Source of the DNA: a virus
Lineage: Duplodnaviria > Heunggongvirae > Uroviricota > Caudoviricetes
Virus record (IMG/VR): IMGVR_UViG_3300024272_000021
DNA length: 64,000 bases
Reading direction: 5' to 3' (one strand)
Position 1 is the stretch's first letter; every line of letters begins with the position of its first letter. Below are positions 41,201 through 53,291 of the stretch, one piece after another. The notes beneath the pieces are model-generated. The model did no database searches. It saw only the letters and a program-made list of their open reading frames with translations, and had not been told where the DNA came from. Position numbers and translations under genes: made by a program.

Positions 41201-41722
41201 TGGATATTCATTAGAAGAAGCGGGACAGCTTGCGGAAACTACAGCAAAACTTCTTAATGTATCAGAGTTTACTTCTGTAGATGAAGCAACTTCCGCACTC
41301 GTGTCTGCGCTACAAGCATTTACCCAAGAAGGACAAGATGTTGCACAAAGCGCGGAAGAGATTGTTGACATTTTAAATAACATCGGTAATAAATATCCCG
41401 TAGCCACAAATGAATTAGCAGAAGGTTTGGCGGATTCTGGTGCCGCGTTAATAGCTGCTAATAATACAATTGAAGAACAAGTAGCATTGCTGGCTGCTGG
41501 TAACGCTACTATGCAGGATGTCTCCACTGTGGCAGCGGCTTTGAAGATTGTTGCAGCTAGATTGAGAGGCACTACTATTGAGGCAGATGATGATGCTGAT
41601 TCAGCAATTACCAACGTATCAAAGCTGCAGGCGAAAATTAAGGCATTAACTGCCGAAGCTAATGGCGGCGAGGGTATCGATATCATTAATGAAAAAGGCG
41701 AATATAAGTCAACGTATGAGAT
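41201..41722 (+). CDS. Tape measure protein, exon 2
   Basis: 522 nt: GYSLEEAGQLAETTAKLLNVSEF...NIGNKYPV...GEYKSTYEI, a typical TMP core sequence. Confidence 0.85.
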
Positions 41723-41854
41723 AAAATTATTGTCTCCATATAGAGAAATCTATATGCTATGTGCGTAAACATAGACAACAACTATATTGGTTAAAGGCCA
41801 GAAGTGGTTCAGACCAAGGTAAGACTTGTAATATTATAAATTAGGAGAAAAGAT

Positions 41855-42037
41855 ATGAATAAATATAGATGTGAATCTGTAAGGTTGTGTAGGTTTTTAT
41901 ATGGTCTTGGATTTGATAAAGAGTCTATTCAATATAAAGGAAAAGAAGCATGGTTATTTGAAAAAAGCGAAGAACTTCAGGAAAGCCTGGACTTCTTTTT
42001 TTATATGCGGAAAAAGATAAAAAATATTAATTTATGA
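41855..42037 (+). CDS. Intron-encoded small protein (DUF5659-like, tentative)
   Basis: Own AGGAG RBS; YRCESVRLCRFL...WLFEKS motif, homologous to 53078-53266. Confidence 0.65.
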   Translation: MNKYRCESVRLCRFLYGLGFDKESIQYKGKEAWLFEKSEELQESLDFFFYMRKKIKNINL

Positions 42038-42064
42038 TTGTAATTTTAAAGGAGCGAATGAAAT

Positions 42065-43588
42065 ATGGGATTTAGTTTTTATGATTGGTGTATAGAAAAC
42101 AATCGGAGTGATTTATTAGATAGATGGAATTATGAGTTAAACCATTGTTCTCCAAGGGATGTAAAATATAGATCGGGTAAAGATATGTATTTTAATTGTA
42201 TGAATAATAATCATCATGTGCCAGAGAAATTTCGAATTGATCATATTACCTTAAATACAGTAAAAGCAACATGTAGGCAGTGTAATTCTTTTTATCAATG
42301 GTGTCTTGATAATGGCGAACAAGAGCTAATTGATACATGGGATTATAATTTAAATGTGGATGATATTCATTTTGTCGCATATGCAAGCGGCAAGCGATGT
42401 TTTTTTAAGATATTAGATAAATATCCTAGCATTAGTTATCGTTTATCAGACATTACTAGTTCTAAGCATCTTAGTCCGATTAAAAAATTTTATAATTCGT
42501 TTGGATATTATTTAATACATACATATGGAGAAGATGCAATAGCAAAATATTGGTCTGATAAAAATAATAAAACACCTTGGAATTATGATAAAGGAAGTGG
42601 TAAGAAGGTTTGGTTTAAATGCCCGGACAAAAATTATCATGATGATTATCTTACTGAAATTTATTCTTTTACGATGGGGAGTAGATGCCCTTGGTGTGCG
42701 GGTAAAAAAGTTCATCCCAAAGATTCTTTTGCTCAATATAATATAGATAAATTTGGCATGGATTTTTTAGAAAAATATTGGCATAAAGAAAATATTATAG
42801 ACCCATGGACTATTCGTCCGTTTGCAAATAATATAAAAGTAATTATTCAATGTCAGCATAAAACGTATCATCAGTATGATGTTGTAGCAAGCGATTTTTC
42901 AACTGGGATCGATTGTCCGTATTGTAATAAAAAAAGATTACATATTTTAGATAGTTTCGGTATGCGTTTTCCAGAAGTTTTTGAAATTTGGTCTGATAAA
43001 AACGCGCAAACTCCCTTTGAATATCGTGTGGCTAGTCATGAAAAAGTATGGTTTAAGTGCAAAGATGGAAAACATGAAGATTATTCGCGACGGATATCAG
43101 ATTATTCATATAAACATTTTACCAGATGCCCATATTGCGTGCAGGAATGTGGCGAATCATCTTTTCAAAATCAAGTTAGAGTGTTTTTAAATGAATTACC
43201 CTATCAAATTTTACATGAATATAACTGTACTATCATTCCGATTAATTCAAAAACAAATCGTAAAATGCCATTCGATAATGAAGTATGTAATATTAATGGA
43301 ATAAATTTAATTATAGAAGTTCATGGTATTCAGCATTATGAACTATGTGGATGGCATATTACACAGGCAAAAAATAGTGGACGAACTCCCGTAGAAGAAT
43401 TTGAATATCAAAAATGGAAAGATAATTTTAAGAAGAATTATGCAATCGCACATCAATATGAATATTTGGAAATTCCATATTATAGAATTATAGACGATAC
43501 ATATAAAGATTTAATCATGTCTAAAATTAATTTAATAAATAATATAATATTACAAGAAACCCTAGAGACTGCAGGCGGTATGTGGTAA
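42065..43588 (+). CDS. Intron-encoded homing endonuclease-like protein (Zn-ribbon repeats plus Vsr-like domain)
   Basis: Repeated VWFKC...CPYC motifs; IIEVHGIQHY and YEYLEIPY; the 3' end overlaps the intron P7 element; paralog of 4959-6065. Confidence 0.8.
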   Translation: MGFSFYDWCIENNRSDLLDRWNYELNHCSPRDVKYRSGKDMYFNCMNNNHHVPEKFRIDHITLNTVKATCRQCNSFYQWCLDNGEQELIDTWDYNLNVDDIHFVAYASGKRCFFKILDKYPSISYRLSDITSSKHLSPIKKFYNSFGYYLIHTYGEDAIAKYWSDKNNKTPWNYDKGSGKKVWFKCPDKNYHDDYLTEIYSFTMGSRCPWCAGKKVHPKDSFAQYNIDKFGMDFLEKYWHKENIIDPWTIRPFANNIKVIIQCQHKTYHQYDVVASDFSTGIDCPYCNKKRLHILDSFGMRFPEVFEIWSDKNAQTPFEYRVASHEKVWFKCKDGKHEDYSRRISDYSYKHFTRCPYCVQECGESSFQNQVRVFLNELPYQILHEYNCTIIPINSKTNRKMPFDNEVCNINGINLIIEVHGIQHYELCGWHITQAKNSGRTPVEEFEYQKWKDNFKKNYAIAHQYEYLEIPYYRIIDDTYKDLIMSKINLINNIILQETLETAGGMW

Positions 43589-43760
43589 CATGTGCCGTGA
43601 AGTTGTTCTCCCTGTCAACAATTGTTGACGAGAGTAATATCCAGTCCGACCTCACACTATAACTAATTATATATAAAATGTGAGATGTAGGTCGAAAGTC
43701 CTACACGCCGCAATAACATATTGCGGTCAGTACCATCATAGATGGGAAAGTAACAGAGTG

Positions 43761-46700
43761 ATTATCAGAAATTTCAAAAATATTTGACAAAATGGACGAC
43801 CTATCGGCAGCTAACCTTTTGGAACTTGTAGCTGGTAAGAATAGAAGCTCGGTAGTTGCAGCCATTCTTCAAAATGGAGATATTTTAGACGAAGCATATA
43901 CCGACGCTTTTGATAGTGCCGGAAGTGCGGCTAATGAATTAGACACCTACTTAAATTCTATCGAAGGTAGGATTACCCTCTTTAACACAGCCGTCCAAAC
44001 CATGTGGACCAACTTCCTCGATGATGACGTAATAAAGTGGTTCGTTGATCTTGGAACATGGTTAGTTAAAGCTGCCGATGATGTAGGTCTATTACGTATA
44101 GCATTCGTAGGCTTAATGGGCGTTATGACGGTAAAAAACACCGATAAATTTGATATTGTTGGTTGGTTTGGCAAACTAGCCGAAAGTACTAAAAAAATAT
44201 CCGATATAAAAACTAATGGAATAGCTGAAACCGTAAAAGTTATTGCCTCTCTACCCGATATGCTGTCTGCCGTACAAGGTGTCGAAATATCTATGGATGG
44301 CATAGATGATTTGGCAGTAAAATTAGATGGCGCAACTGCTGCGGCGGCAACGGGACAAGAAGCATTGCAAAAATATGCATCGGGTTTAGGTGATTCCGAC
44401 AAAGCCTTAAAAGCATATATTGCATCTGTTGATGATGGGCAGTATAGCATGGCTGGCTTTAATAAGTTCTGCGATGCACATAATGCCCAGTTACAGACCA
44501 CTAGCGTTAAGACTAAACTTGCAGCTGCTGGTCATGCCGCGTTGAACGCTGCAATAACTATGGGAATTAGCCTGTTAGTAAGTTATGTACTCCCAAAAGT
44601 TATTAATTTCCTTGATGATCTGATACTTACTGCCGAAGAAGCAGCTGAAGCGGCAAAAGAACTAACCGACGCATATAAGACTGCAAAGAAAGAGTTTGAA
44701 GATGATATCGAACTCCTTACTATATCTAGTGACTCCGAATCTTATGAAACACTTTTGGATGAATTCAAGGAATTAACCATGGGTGTAAATAAGTATGGTG
44801 AAAATATATCTTTAACAGCTGACGAATATTCTCGTTATAAGGAAATCTGTGAAGCTATCGTAGGAATTCAGCCTTCTATCGCCAAAGGTTATGATAGCGC
44901 CACCGAGGCTATTGGTAGGAATGCGGGTATACTAGAAAAAGTCATTGGCTTAAAAAAGGAAGAAGCTAGACTGAATGCCGCAGAATTTGTCAGTTATGGT
45001 TTATATTCTGATAATGGTAATTTTGAAACACTAGCAACAAATGCCATCGAAAGTCGTAAAAAGGCGGCTGAAAATGCTTATTTAATGGCAATGGGGTCAA
45101 AGGAAAAAACGGGACTAATTATGGACACCGGATTGGTTAATACTTTGTATGGTCTATATGGCGGATATGACTATGATTATGATGCTGGTGAGTTTATTAC
45201 AGACAGACCATTTGATTCGGATGGAGACCGTCTGGCTACAAATCTTATGAGGATAATAGGATATTCTCCGAAAGAAATTGGTAAGGTATTGCAGACATAT
45301 TATAACGAATCTGGCAACTTTGAACTTGATCGCTGGGCGCTAGACTATCTAGATGAAATTGTAGAAAACAAAACTTTAATTGCAGAAGACGCAAAGAGGA
45401 TGGGGCTAGAGGGTACTGATGAATGGATTAGCACTATGTATGCGGAAGCAGATGCATATGAAAGTGCTTCTAATAATCTTAAAGCCGCAGCAGATAACAT
45501 GATCGATGTGTATCTGCAAATTCCTTATGCCTTAGAAGATTATGACGCTTTGTCTTCCGGTGAACAATCACTTCTTAATGCGTGGATCCAAAACGATGAT
45601 ATGTTTAAAATCGATGAGGAAACAACAGAGGAAGACATCTTAAAGGCAAAACAAACTATCATCGATATGGTTCGTCTGCTTGCCAACGAAGATTATTTCA
45701 CTGAGATTGATGGAAAAAAGGTTAGTGCCGACCTCATTCTTGATAGCATATTCAATCTTGATCCTTCCGAACTTGATTATGCACAATACAAAGAAGATAT
45801 GCAAACATTAGTAGACCATCTATGGAATGCAATTGGTGGAGAAAATAATGAGTTTGGAATTAAGGACAAACAACAATTAATGGTGATGTTCGGAGTCGAG
45901 TTTGTACCAGAAGAAGATGAACAAGCTCTTATAGATGACATCGTAAGAATCACTGGTATGGCACCAGAAGAGGCGCAGAAATGGATAGATGAACAACCTG
46001 CTATAGTTATCACTCGTATGCTTGAGTATGATTACGATGAAATTGGCAATACAGAAGGTTATGACGTAGATGACCTAGCAGAAATGGCAGTTCCGAATTA
46101 CAACTATATCGAGCCTAGAACTGTTAAAACTTATACTGCACTATCCGAAGAAGCATCTAATTATAATGATATCTTAGCGCAAACTAACGAACTTACTGGG
46201 TACAATGTAGAAGTTACTCAAGAATACAAAGACTCCTTAAAAGAGCTAGGAATCACAGATGAAGAACTCAATGAGTGCTTTGATGAAAATAATGGCTTAA
46301 TTGTCACCAACACAAGAAAATTAAGAGAACTCGTTGCAGAAAAAGAAAAAGCTCTTACTACTGATGTTAAAATGGCAAAGGCCCAGTCTCAATTAGATTA
46401 CTATGAATTAGTTAAAGAATTAGATGCTACTCTAGACGGTGTCACAAGTCTTGATGATGAAACTAAAGATTTAACGGATTCAATTTTGGAACAGATTGAT
46501 ATAGTACGAAAAGCCATTAATAATTACCAGCGTCTAGAAGATAGTCTCCTTGGCGTTACGAATGGTTTTGAAAAGTTCCACGAAGCTCAAGAAATAGACA
46601 GTCAAAATACTTATGGTGATGACTATGTTGATATGGCCCAAACCATGTATGATGCTTTCTATGTAAGTGGAGAAGTCGGAACGGAAGCTAATTGGGCTGC

Positions 46701-49700
46701 AATTGAAGCTTTAGTACCTGATTGGGTATATGAAGGTTTAGAGACTGATGGCGAAAGAATGAGGGCAATTTATGAGTATTTCAACAAAGAAATACTTCCT
46801 ACATTAACTCTTGAAGATGGTCAGTTATCTCTTGGATTTGAAAATGTTGAAGATTTCATTGAGCATGGACTTGCCTCTGGCGTTTTTGAGGGAGATCTTA
46901 GCAATTTCAGTCTTGTTGAAGGTTTAGATCTTGAAGAAGCTGCTGAATTAATGGGTATGACGACAACTCAGGCATATGCATTCTTTGCCACCCTTGATGA
47001 CTATACTACGGGAGATGGAATGTCTTTCTTGGCGCAGCTCGATGATAGTTTTTCTGGCAACATCATGAAAACCACTGATGAAATGCAGAGACTCAACGAA
47101 GAGAAATTAGCATTACTTAGTGGCGGTGAAGATGGCATTATTAGTCCCGAAGAGCAAGCACGTATCGACGAGATTAATAATGTAGATTTACCAGCTTGTG
47201 AGGAGAATTTACGGAAAATAGGTGAAACGGCCTATCAAACCTGGGATGAGTTTAAACACAATGAGATAGCCCTTGCCGCTTTAGGTGAAGTAGAAAATAA
47301 AGCTCAAAAAGTATCCGATGTGTTCTCGAAAGAGTTTATTGCTGAATTTGGTCTCAATGGCGACGACACAATCCAAGAAGCATATGATGACCTATTATTA
47401 ATACAATCAGGAATTGAAAATATTGATGCAACATCTGCTGCTGCGGCAATTGACGTAATTGATGAGGAAATTGCAAAGCTTGAAGAGCGGAAACGACGCA
47501 TTAATGAAGACACAACAATGACCCCTGAAATCAAAGCCGCAGAAACCGCAGAGCTTGATGCACAAATAGAAGCATACAAAAGTGATAAAGTTGAAATTGC
47601 AACTGAATTTGGAATTGAATTAACTGAAGAAGAAGAAAAAGATTTAGAAGAACAGTTAGAAGCAATCAAAGAATTTGAAATTGGCAATAAATCATTTATT
47701 GTTACTGACGATGGTACCATAAAGCAAACTATAGAGGCTCTTGACGAACTTAATAAAGTAGAAATAGATGATAAAACCTTTACAACTACGAATGTTATCG
47801 AAGAGAAACATACCAACGGAGGAATACTTGGCTGGATAACTGGAACAGATACATACAAAAAGGCCACTGGCTATCCCGTCAGAGTAGATGGAACTGCTCA
47901 TGCTGAAGGTACTGCTTTTAAAACAGGCTCATGGGGTGCTCCAAAGACCGAAGAAGCATTAGTAGGAGAACTTGGCCCCGAACTACTGGTTCGCGATGGC
48001 AAGTGGACTACTATTGGTGATGAAGGTGCGGAATTTGAACATATTGAAAAGGGTGACATTATCTTCAATCATAAGCAAACCGAAGAATTATTATCCAACG
48101 GACATGTAACTGGACGCGGTAAAGCTTATGCTGAGGGTACTGCTTATAATGATGTCACCGGTGTGTTTAAACCACAGGAAGAAAAATCTGAACCTATTAA
48201 ATATACTACAGTCTTCGATGAAATGTCTGACTATAACGACATTCTAGCTGAAACAAATGAACTTACCGTAGATAATATTGAGGTTACCGAAGAGTATAGA
48301 GAAGCTTTGGAGAAACTTGGTTTTACCGAAGACGAATTGAATACATACTTCGATGATGAGAACAAACTTCTTGTCAAAAATGTTAAAGGGCTTAAAATGC
48401 TCGTTGCATCAAAGAAAAAAGAAAAAGTAGCTACAGTCCAAGAAGTAAAAGCCCGAAATCAATTGGATTATGTTGCCAGTATTAAAGAAATTGGTAAATT
48501 AGTTGACGTCATGGAAGGTGCGTCCCAAACTCAGGAGGGTATTTCTAAAGCAACACTTGAAGCTTCTGATGTTTTACATTCTCACGTAGATGCTCTAGAG
48601 CAAACCATACAAGGTTATGCCCTTCTAGAATTAAAAATGTCTGATGCAGCAGCCGCTTATGATGACTTCGAGATTGCACAGCAACAAGATGCGGAATTGT
48701 CTTGGGGCGGTACCATGATCGATATGCTAGAGGCCATTGACGAAGGTTTTAGAACAGGTCAAGTTGGTTCCGAAGCATTCCAGGCGGCAGTAGCAGCTCT
48801 TGTTCCCGATTGGGTATATAAAGACCTTGATACTGTCGAAGAACAAATGCATGCCATTCACGATTATATTGACAGCAATCCTATTTTTGCAGATTGGTTT
48901 ACTGTCGATGACAATGGTAATTTCTCTATTGAATTTCAGAATATGCAGGCGTTTGTCCAAGATGGTATAGATGGAGTGACCGAATTTGGCGCGGTATTCG
49001 AGGGAACGGTAGATAACTTTACCCTAGCCGAGGGAGTTGATTCCCTAGAAGAATTCGCTAAGAGAATGGGAGTTACTGAGTCTGTTGCTTTAGCAATGCT
49101 TGGCGAACTTGAAAAATATGATGCGCGTTGGGGAAATGTTATTACCGATTTAACTACTAGTCCTTTAGATAGAGAAATTTTAAATGCAACAGAAGCATTA
49201 GAAGATGCTTATACGGCGCAAGAAGAGTTTATACGTAATGGCGGAGATTTAAACAGCGAGGAATATAAACAATTAGTCCAAGATGTTGAAGATGCGGAAG
49301 CTGCATTAGATAGTGCTACGGAAGCGGCAGGAGATTATGCAAGCACCTATTCTCAAGCCGAAGCCGTACTCAAGGGCGTAGATGGACAGATGACTTTTAC
49401 ACAAGAAACAGCAGATGCTTTAGCTAGATCACTTGGTTTAGTAAATGAAAATGGAGAATGTACTATTACTATTGATGATAATGGCAAGCTCTTGCTTACG
49501 GAAAGTCAAGCTGCAAGACTGCAACAAATACTGCAAGTGCTAGGAGAAGAGCCATCTATTATCGATGTGCAGCTTGCATATGATACAGCCGATGCACAGA
49601 TACAAAAACTAGAAAAAATATTAGACGACGGCGTAGTAGATGAAGCCGAAGCAACATTCCTAGTTGAACTAGACATTGATCCAGAGTCCGATAATCTAGC

Positions 49701-52700
49701 ACAAGAAATACAAAATGAGATTGACGAACTTGAAACAACCAAAACCGTTATTAACTTAACATATGGTATTACACAAACATCCGAAGGACAAGATAGCGGT
49801 ATTGAACAGTTATCTACATGGGAAACTAATGGAGTTACTATTCCTATACATGTTGATATTACTTCTTATCAGGAAGAAGCAGCTACCATAAATGAAAGTA
49901 CCCTTGATAATAAAGAAGTTGCCTTCACAGCTGATGCAACAGAAGCAAATGAAGAAATTGATTCCGTAGATAATAATCAAATTAACGACAAAAACGTAAA
50001 GATAAACGTAGATAATACATCTGCTCTAACTAATATAAGCACCGTTCAGACTGCTCTAAATAACCTTAAAGATAAAGAGATCAATATTAAAGTTAAGGTT
50101 AGCGGAGGCAATCCGATAAATGTTGGCGGCAGTGTAGACGTTGATGGTACGGCTCATGCATCTGGCACTGCTTTCAAGAGTGGTACATGGGGTGCCGAAC
50201 AAAATGAAACCGCTCTTGTTGGAGAACTTGGTCCAGAGTTATTAGTGCGTAATGGTAGATGGACTACTGTTGGTGAAAACGGTGCGGAATTTACTGATGT
50301 ACGTAAGGGCGACATCATCTTTAATCACAGACAGACTGAAGAGCTGTTGTCTAAGGGATATGTTACTGGACGAGGAAAAGCATTTGCAGAAGGCAACGCT
50401 TATGGATATGGATTGTTTGGTGATTATATTACCGACAAAGGCTCCACATTCAAAAATGGTTCTGATAAAACATGGTCGAAAACGGCGGATAAAGTATCTC
50501 AAGCTGCGAAAGATATAGGTAGTTCAGCTGAGGATGCAGCTGATGAATTCCGCGAAGTTTTCGATTGGATCGAAGTTCGTTTAGAAGAAATCAACAAAGA
50601 AATAAGCCTTAAGGGTGCCCAGCTCGAAAATGCTGTTGGTTTTACTAAACAAAATGCCATCATTGATGACATGATAGAGCTTAACCAGAAACTGTATACC
50701 AATCTAACAGCTGGTGCTTCTAAATATTATTCATATGCTCGAAATTTGCTTGCTAAAGTTCCTGCCGAATATCGCAAAGCAGCTCAAGATGGTACTATTG
50801 CAATCGAATCCTTTACAGGTAAAGTGGGAGAAGATACACTTGAGGCAATTAAAGAGTATCGCGAATGGGTACAAAAGGGTGACGATGCAACACAGCAAGC
50901 CGAGGAAACCTTAAAAGAAATTTCTACTCTCGCAAAGCAAGCTATTGATAATATTGCAGCCCAATATGACAATAAAGCTTCTTTAAGAGATAGTAAAATT
51001 GAACAATACGAGGCTTATAATGAGTATATAGAAACAGACCAAGGATTCTCGTCTGAAAAGGTCTATAAAGCAATAATAGATCAAAACAATAAAAAGATCA
51101 AAGACAATCAGAACAAACGTGATGACATGCAAGCCGAACTCGATGAAAAGGTTAAGTCTGGAGAAATCAAAAAATATTCTCAAGATTGGTATGACGCAGT
51201 TAATGATATTGCTGCAGTTGATGCTGAAATTATACAACTGCAAACAGATAATGAAAATCTGCAGGACGACATTAATGAACTTCACTGGGATAAGTTTGAT
51301 AGTCTTTTAACTCGAATTGATGCTATTACCGAGGAAACCGAGGGCTTGCTTAAACTTCTTGAGAATGAAGACGCCTTTGACGAAAGTGGTAATTGGACCG
51401 ATGAAGGTATTACTTCACTGGGATTATATGCTCAGCAAATGGAAGCTGCAGAATTTAAGGCAAAACAATTCGAAGAAGAGATTGATTATCTAAATAAGAA
51501 TTGGAAAAAGCTTGGCTATACAGAACAAGAATATATTGAAAAGCTTGCTGAATTGAAAGAGGGACAACAAGATGCTATTGATGCATATCATGACAGCAAA
51601 AAGGCTATAGTGGATCTCAATAAGGAAAGAGTCGAAGCTATTAAAGAAGGCATCCAAAAAGAAATCGAGGCTTACGATGAGCTCATCGAAAAGAAAAAAG
51701 AAGAATTGAGCGCCGAAAAAGACTTATATGACTTCCAAAAAAATGTTAAAAATCAGCAAAAAGATATAGCAGATATAGAACGTCAACTTGCTGCGCTGTC
51801 TGGAGATAATTCTGCATCGGCAAGAGCAAAACGTGCGCAATTAGAAGCGGAACTGGCAGAAGCAAAAGAATCTTTAGAAGATACATATTACGACCGTTCC
51901 ATCTCTAAACAACAAGAAGCGTTGGATGAAGAACAAGAAAATTTCCACGATGCCAAAGAAAAAGAAATTGAGGGCTGGGAAAAATATCTCGAAGACGTTG
52001 AGAAGGTTGTTGCCGATAGTTTAACTACTGTTCAAGCAAATACTGAAACGGTTTATTCAACCTTGCAAGAAATGGGTAACGAATATGGATTATCCATAAG
52101 TGAATCTATAACAACCCCATGGAAAAATGGTGAAACTGCGATTCAGTCTTTCTCTGAGAAATTCGGATTGGCTATGAGCTCAACAGTGGAAGAACTAAAA
52201 GAACTTGAAACAGTATTTAATGAAACTATAAAGGACATTGAACAATCTGGCAAGACGGCTGTTGAGACCGTAAATGAAAGTCATTCAAATTATACAGGAG
52301 CGAGCAAAGAAGAAGCAACGTCGGATAAAGGTAGCGGCGGCTCAAGTGGTGGTTCTAAAGATTCTGGTAATAGTTCTGGCGAAACTTATCCTTACGGCAA
52401 AGCTTCTGCAACTAGTGGAAATATCAAACAAGGTGCAAAGGGCAAAGATGTTAAAGCAATACAATATGCCCTGAATCAACTTGGATATGGCAATTCTGGT
52501 ACTAAGAGCGTCGATGGTATTTTTGGTTCTGGTACTACTAAAGCGGTCAAATCTTTCCAGAAATCAATGGGAATTTCTGCAGATGGTATCGTTGGCGTTA
52601 AAACCAGGCAAAAGTTTAAGGCTAAAGGATATGCTGTTGGTACTACCGGCGTTGATGAAGATCAGTGGGCCTGGATTGATGAAATGGGACTTGAGGAAAT

Positions 52701-53022
52701 TGTTTTACATGCTCAGGATGGTAAGCTTACTTATCTAAGCAAAGGCAGTGCAGTGTTGCCTCATGATATTTCAGAAAATCTAATGAAATTAGGACAGTTG
52801 GATCCTTCACTAATATTAGAACAGAACAAACCATCTGTCGGTCTAGGTTCGAACATTATTAACAATACTATGCAGATCAATGTAGATGCGAGTGTCGGAA
52901 CATTGCTGCATGTTGATGAATTTAATGGAGACGATCCTGCCGAGGTTGTTAAAATTGTTAATAAAGCTCTTGAACAACATACTAAAAATCTCAATTCCGC
53001 GCTTCGTAAATACACTCGTTAA
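43761..53022 (+). CDS. Tape measure protein, exon 3 (internal duplication, C-terminal peptidoglycan-binding domain)
   Basis: Acidic coiled coil; two GELGPEL modules; VDGIFGSGT...ADGIVG PGBD at ~52420-52620; YAVGTTGV...EIV and GSAVLP terminal TMP motifs. Confidence 0.85.
46120..50403 (+). repeat. Tandem internal duplication of a ~2.0-2.2 kb TMP module
   Basis: Copy 1 at ~46120-48147 and copy 2 at ~48196-50403; e.g. YNDILAQTNELT vs YNDILAETNELT, and LVGELGPELLVRDGKWTT vs LVGELGPELLVRNGRWTT. Confidence 0.8.
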
Positions 53023-53030
53023 TCATACTT

Positions 53031-53061
53031 GGGGAGAGGGTCGAAAGACTCTCTCCTATTT
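53031..53061 (+). terminator. GAAA-tetraloop hairpin after the TMP gene
   Basis: GGGGAGAGGGTC-GAAA-GACTCTCTCCT followed by ATTT. Confidence 0.55.
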
Positions 53062-53077
53062 ATATGGAGGAAAAGGC

Positions 53078-53266
53078 ATGGTACAAAATACAGATATTTA
53101 TAGATGCTATAGTGTAAATCTTATGCAGTTTTTATCTCAAAATAATGAAAGATATATATTAATTGCAAAAGATATTAAATCTGATCGTCAATTTTGGGCG
53201 TATGTAAAAACTGATAGATTTAATAATTTGTTACAAAAGTGGATTAATAACAATCCAAAAAAATAA
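53078..53266 (+). CDS. Small protein (DUF5659-like, tentative), homolog of 41855-42037
   Basis: ATG 53078 after GGAGG; YRCYSVNLMQFL...FWAYVKT motif; the ORF-track extension to 52886 is spurious. Confidence 0.7.
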   Translation: MVQNTDIYRCYSVNLMQFLSQNNERYILIAKDIKSDRQFWAYVKTDRFNNLLQKWINNNPKK

Positions 53267-53291
53267 TTTATATATTAGGAAGGTAGATATT

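Larger units (their letters stand above)
41723..43760 (+). mobile_element. Group I intron 5 (2,038 nt) carrying two ORFs
   Basis: P1 GAGAU/GUCUC; P3 AACAACU/AGUUGUU; P7 GACUG 43567-43571 / CAGUC 43642-43646; terminal G at 43760; join STYEI|LSEISKIFDKMDD. Confidence 0.88.

Noticed and set aside
40881-43760. Stop-codon recoding, frameshifting or pseudogenisation as the cause of the broken TMP and other genes
   Set aside because: The interruptions are hundreds of nt long, have group I core elements and restore the frame exactly on removal; very long ORFs elsewhere are intact in code 11.
41723-43760. Group II intron or IStron interpretation
   Set aside because: There is no GUGCG 5' end, domain V, reverse transcriptase or transposase/TnpB motif; P1, P3, P7 and the terminal G fit group I.
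43947-53015. Numerous minus-strand and alternate-frame ORFs over the TMP (similar ones overlap other long genes)
   Set aside because: They are shadows of low-complexity coding strands, with no RBS or recognisable domains.
52886-53077. N-terminal extension of the 126-aa ORF-track ORF
   Set aside because: It overlaps the TMP end out of frame and spans a terminator hairpin; the RBS-supported start is 53078.
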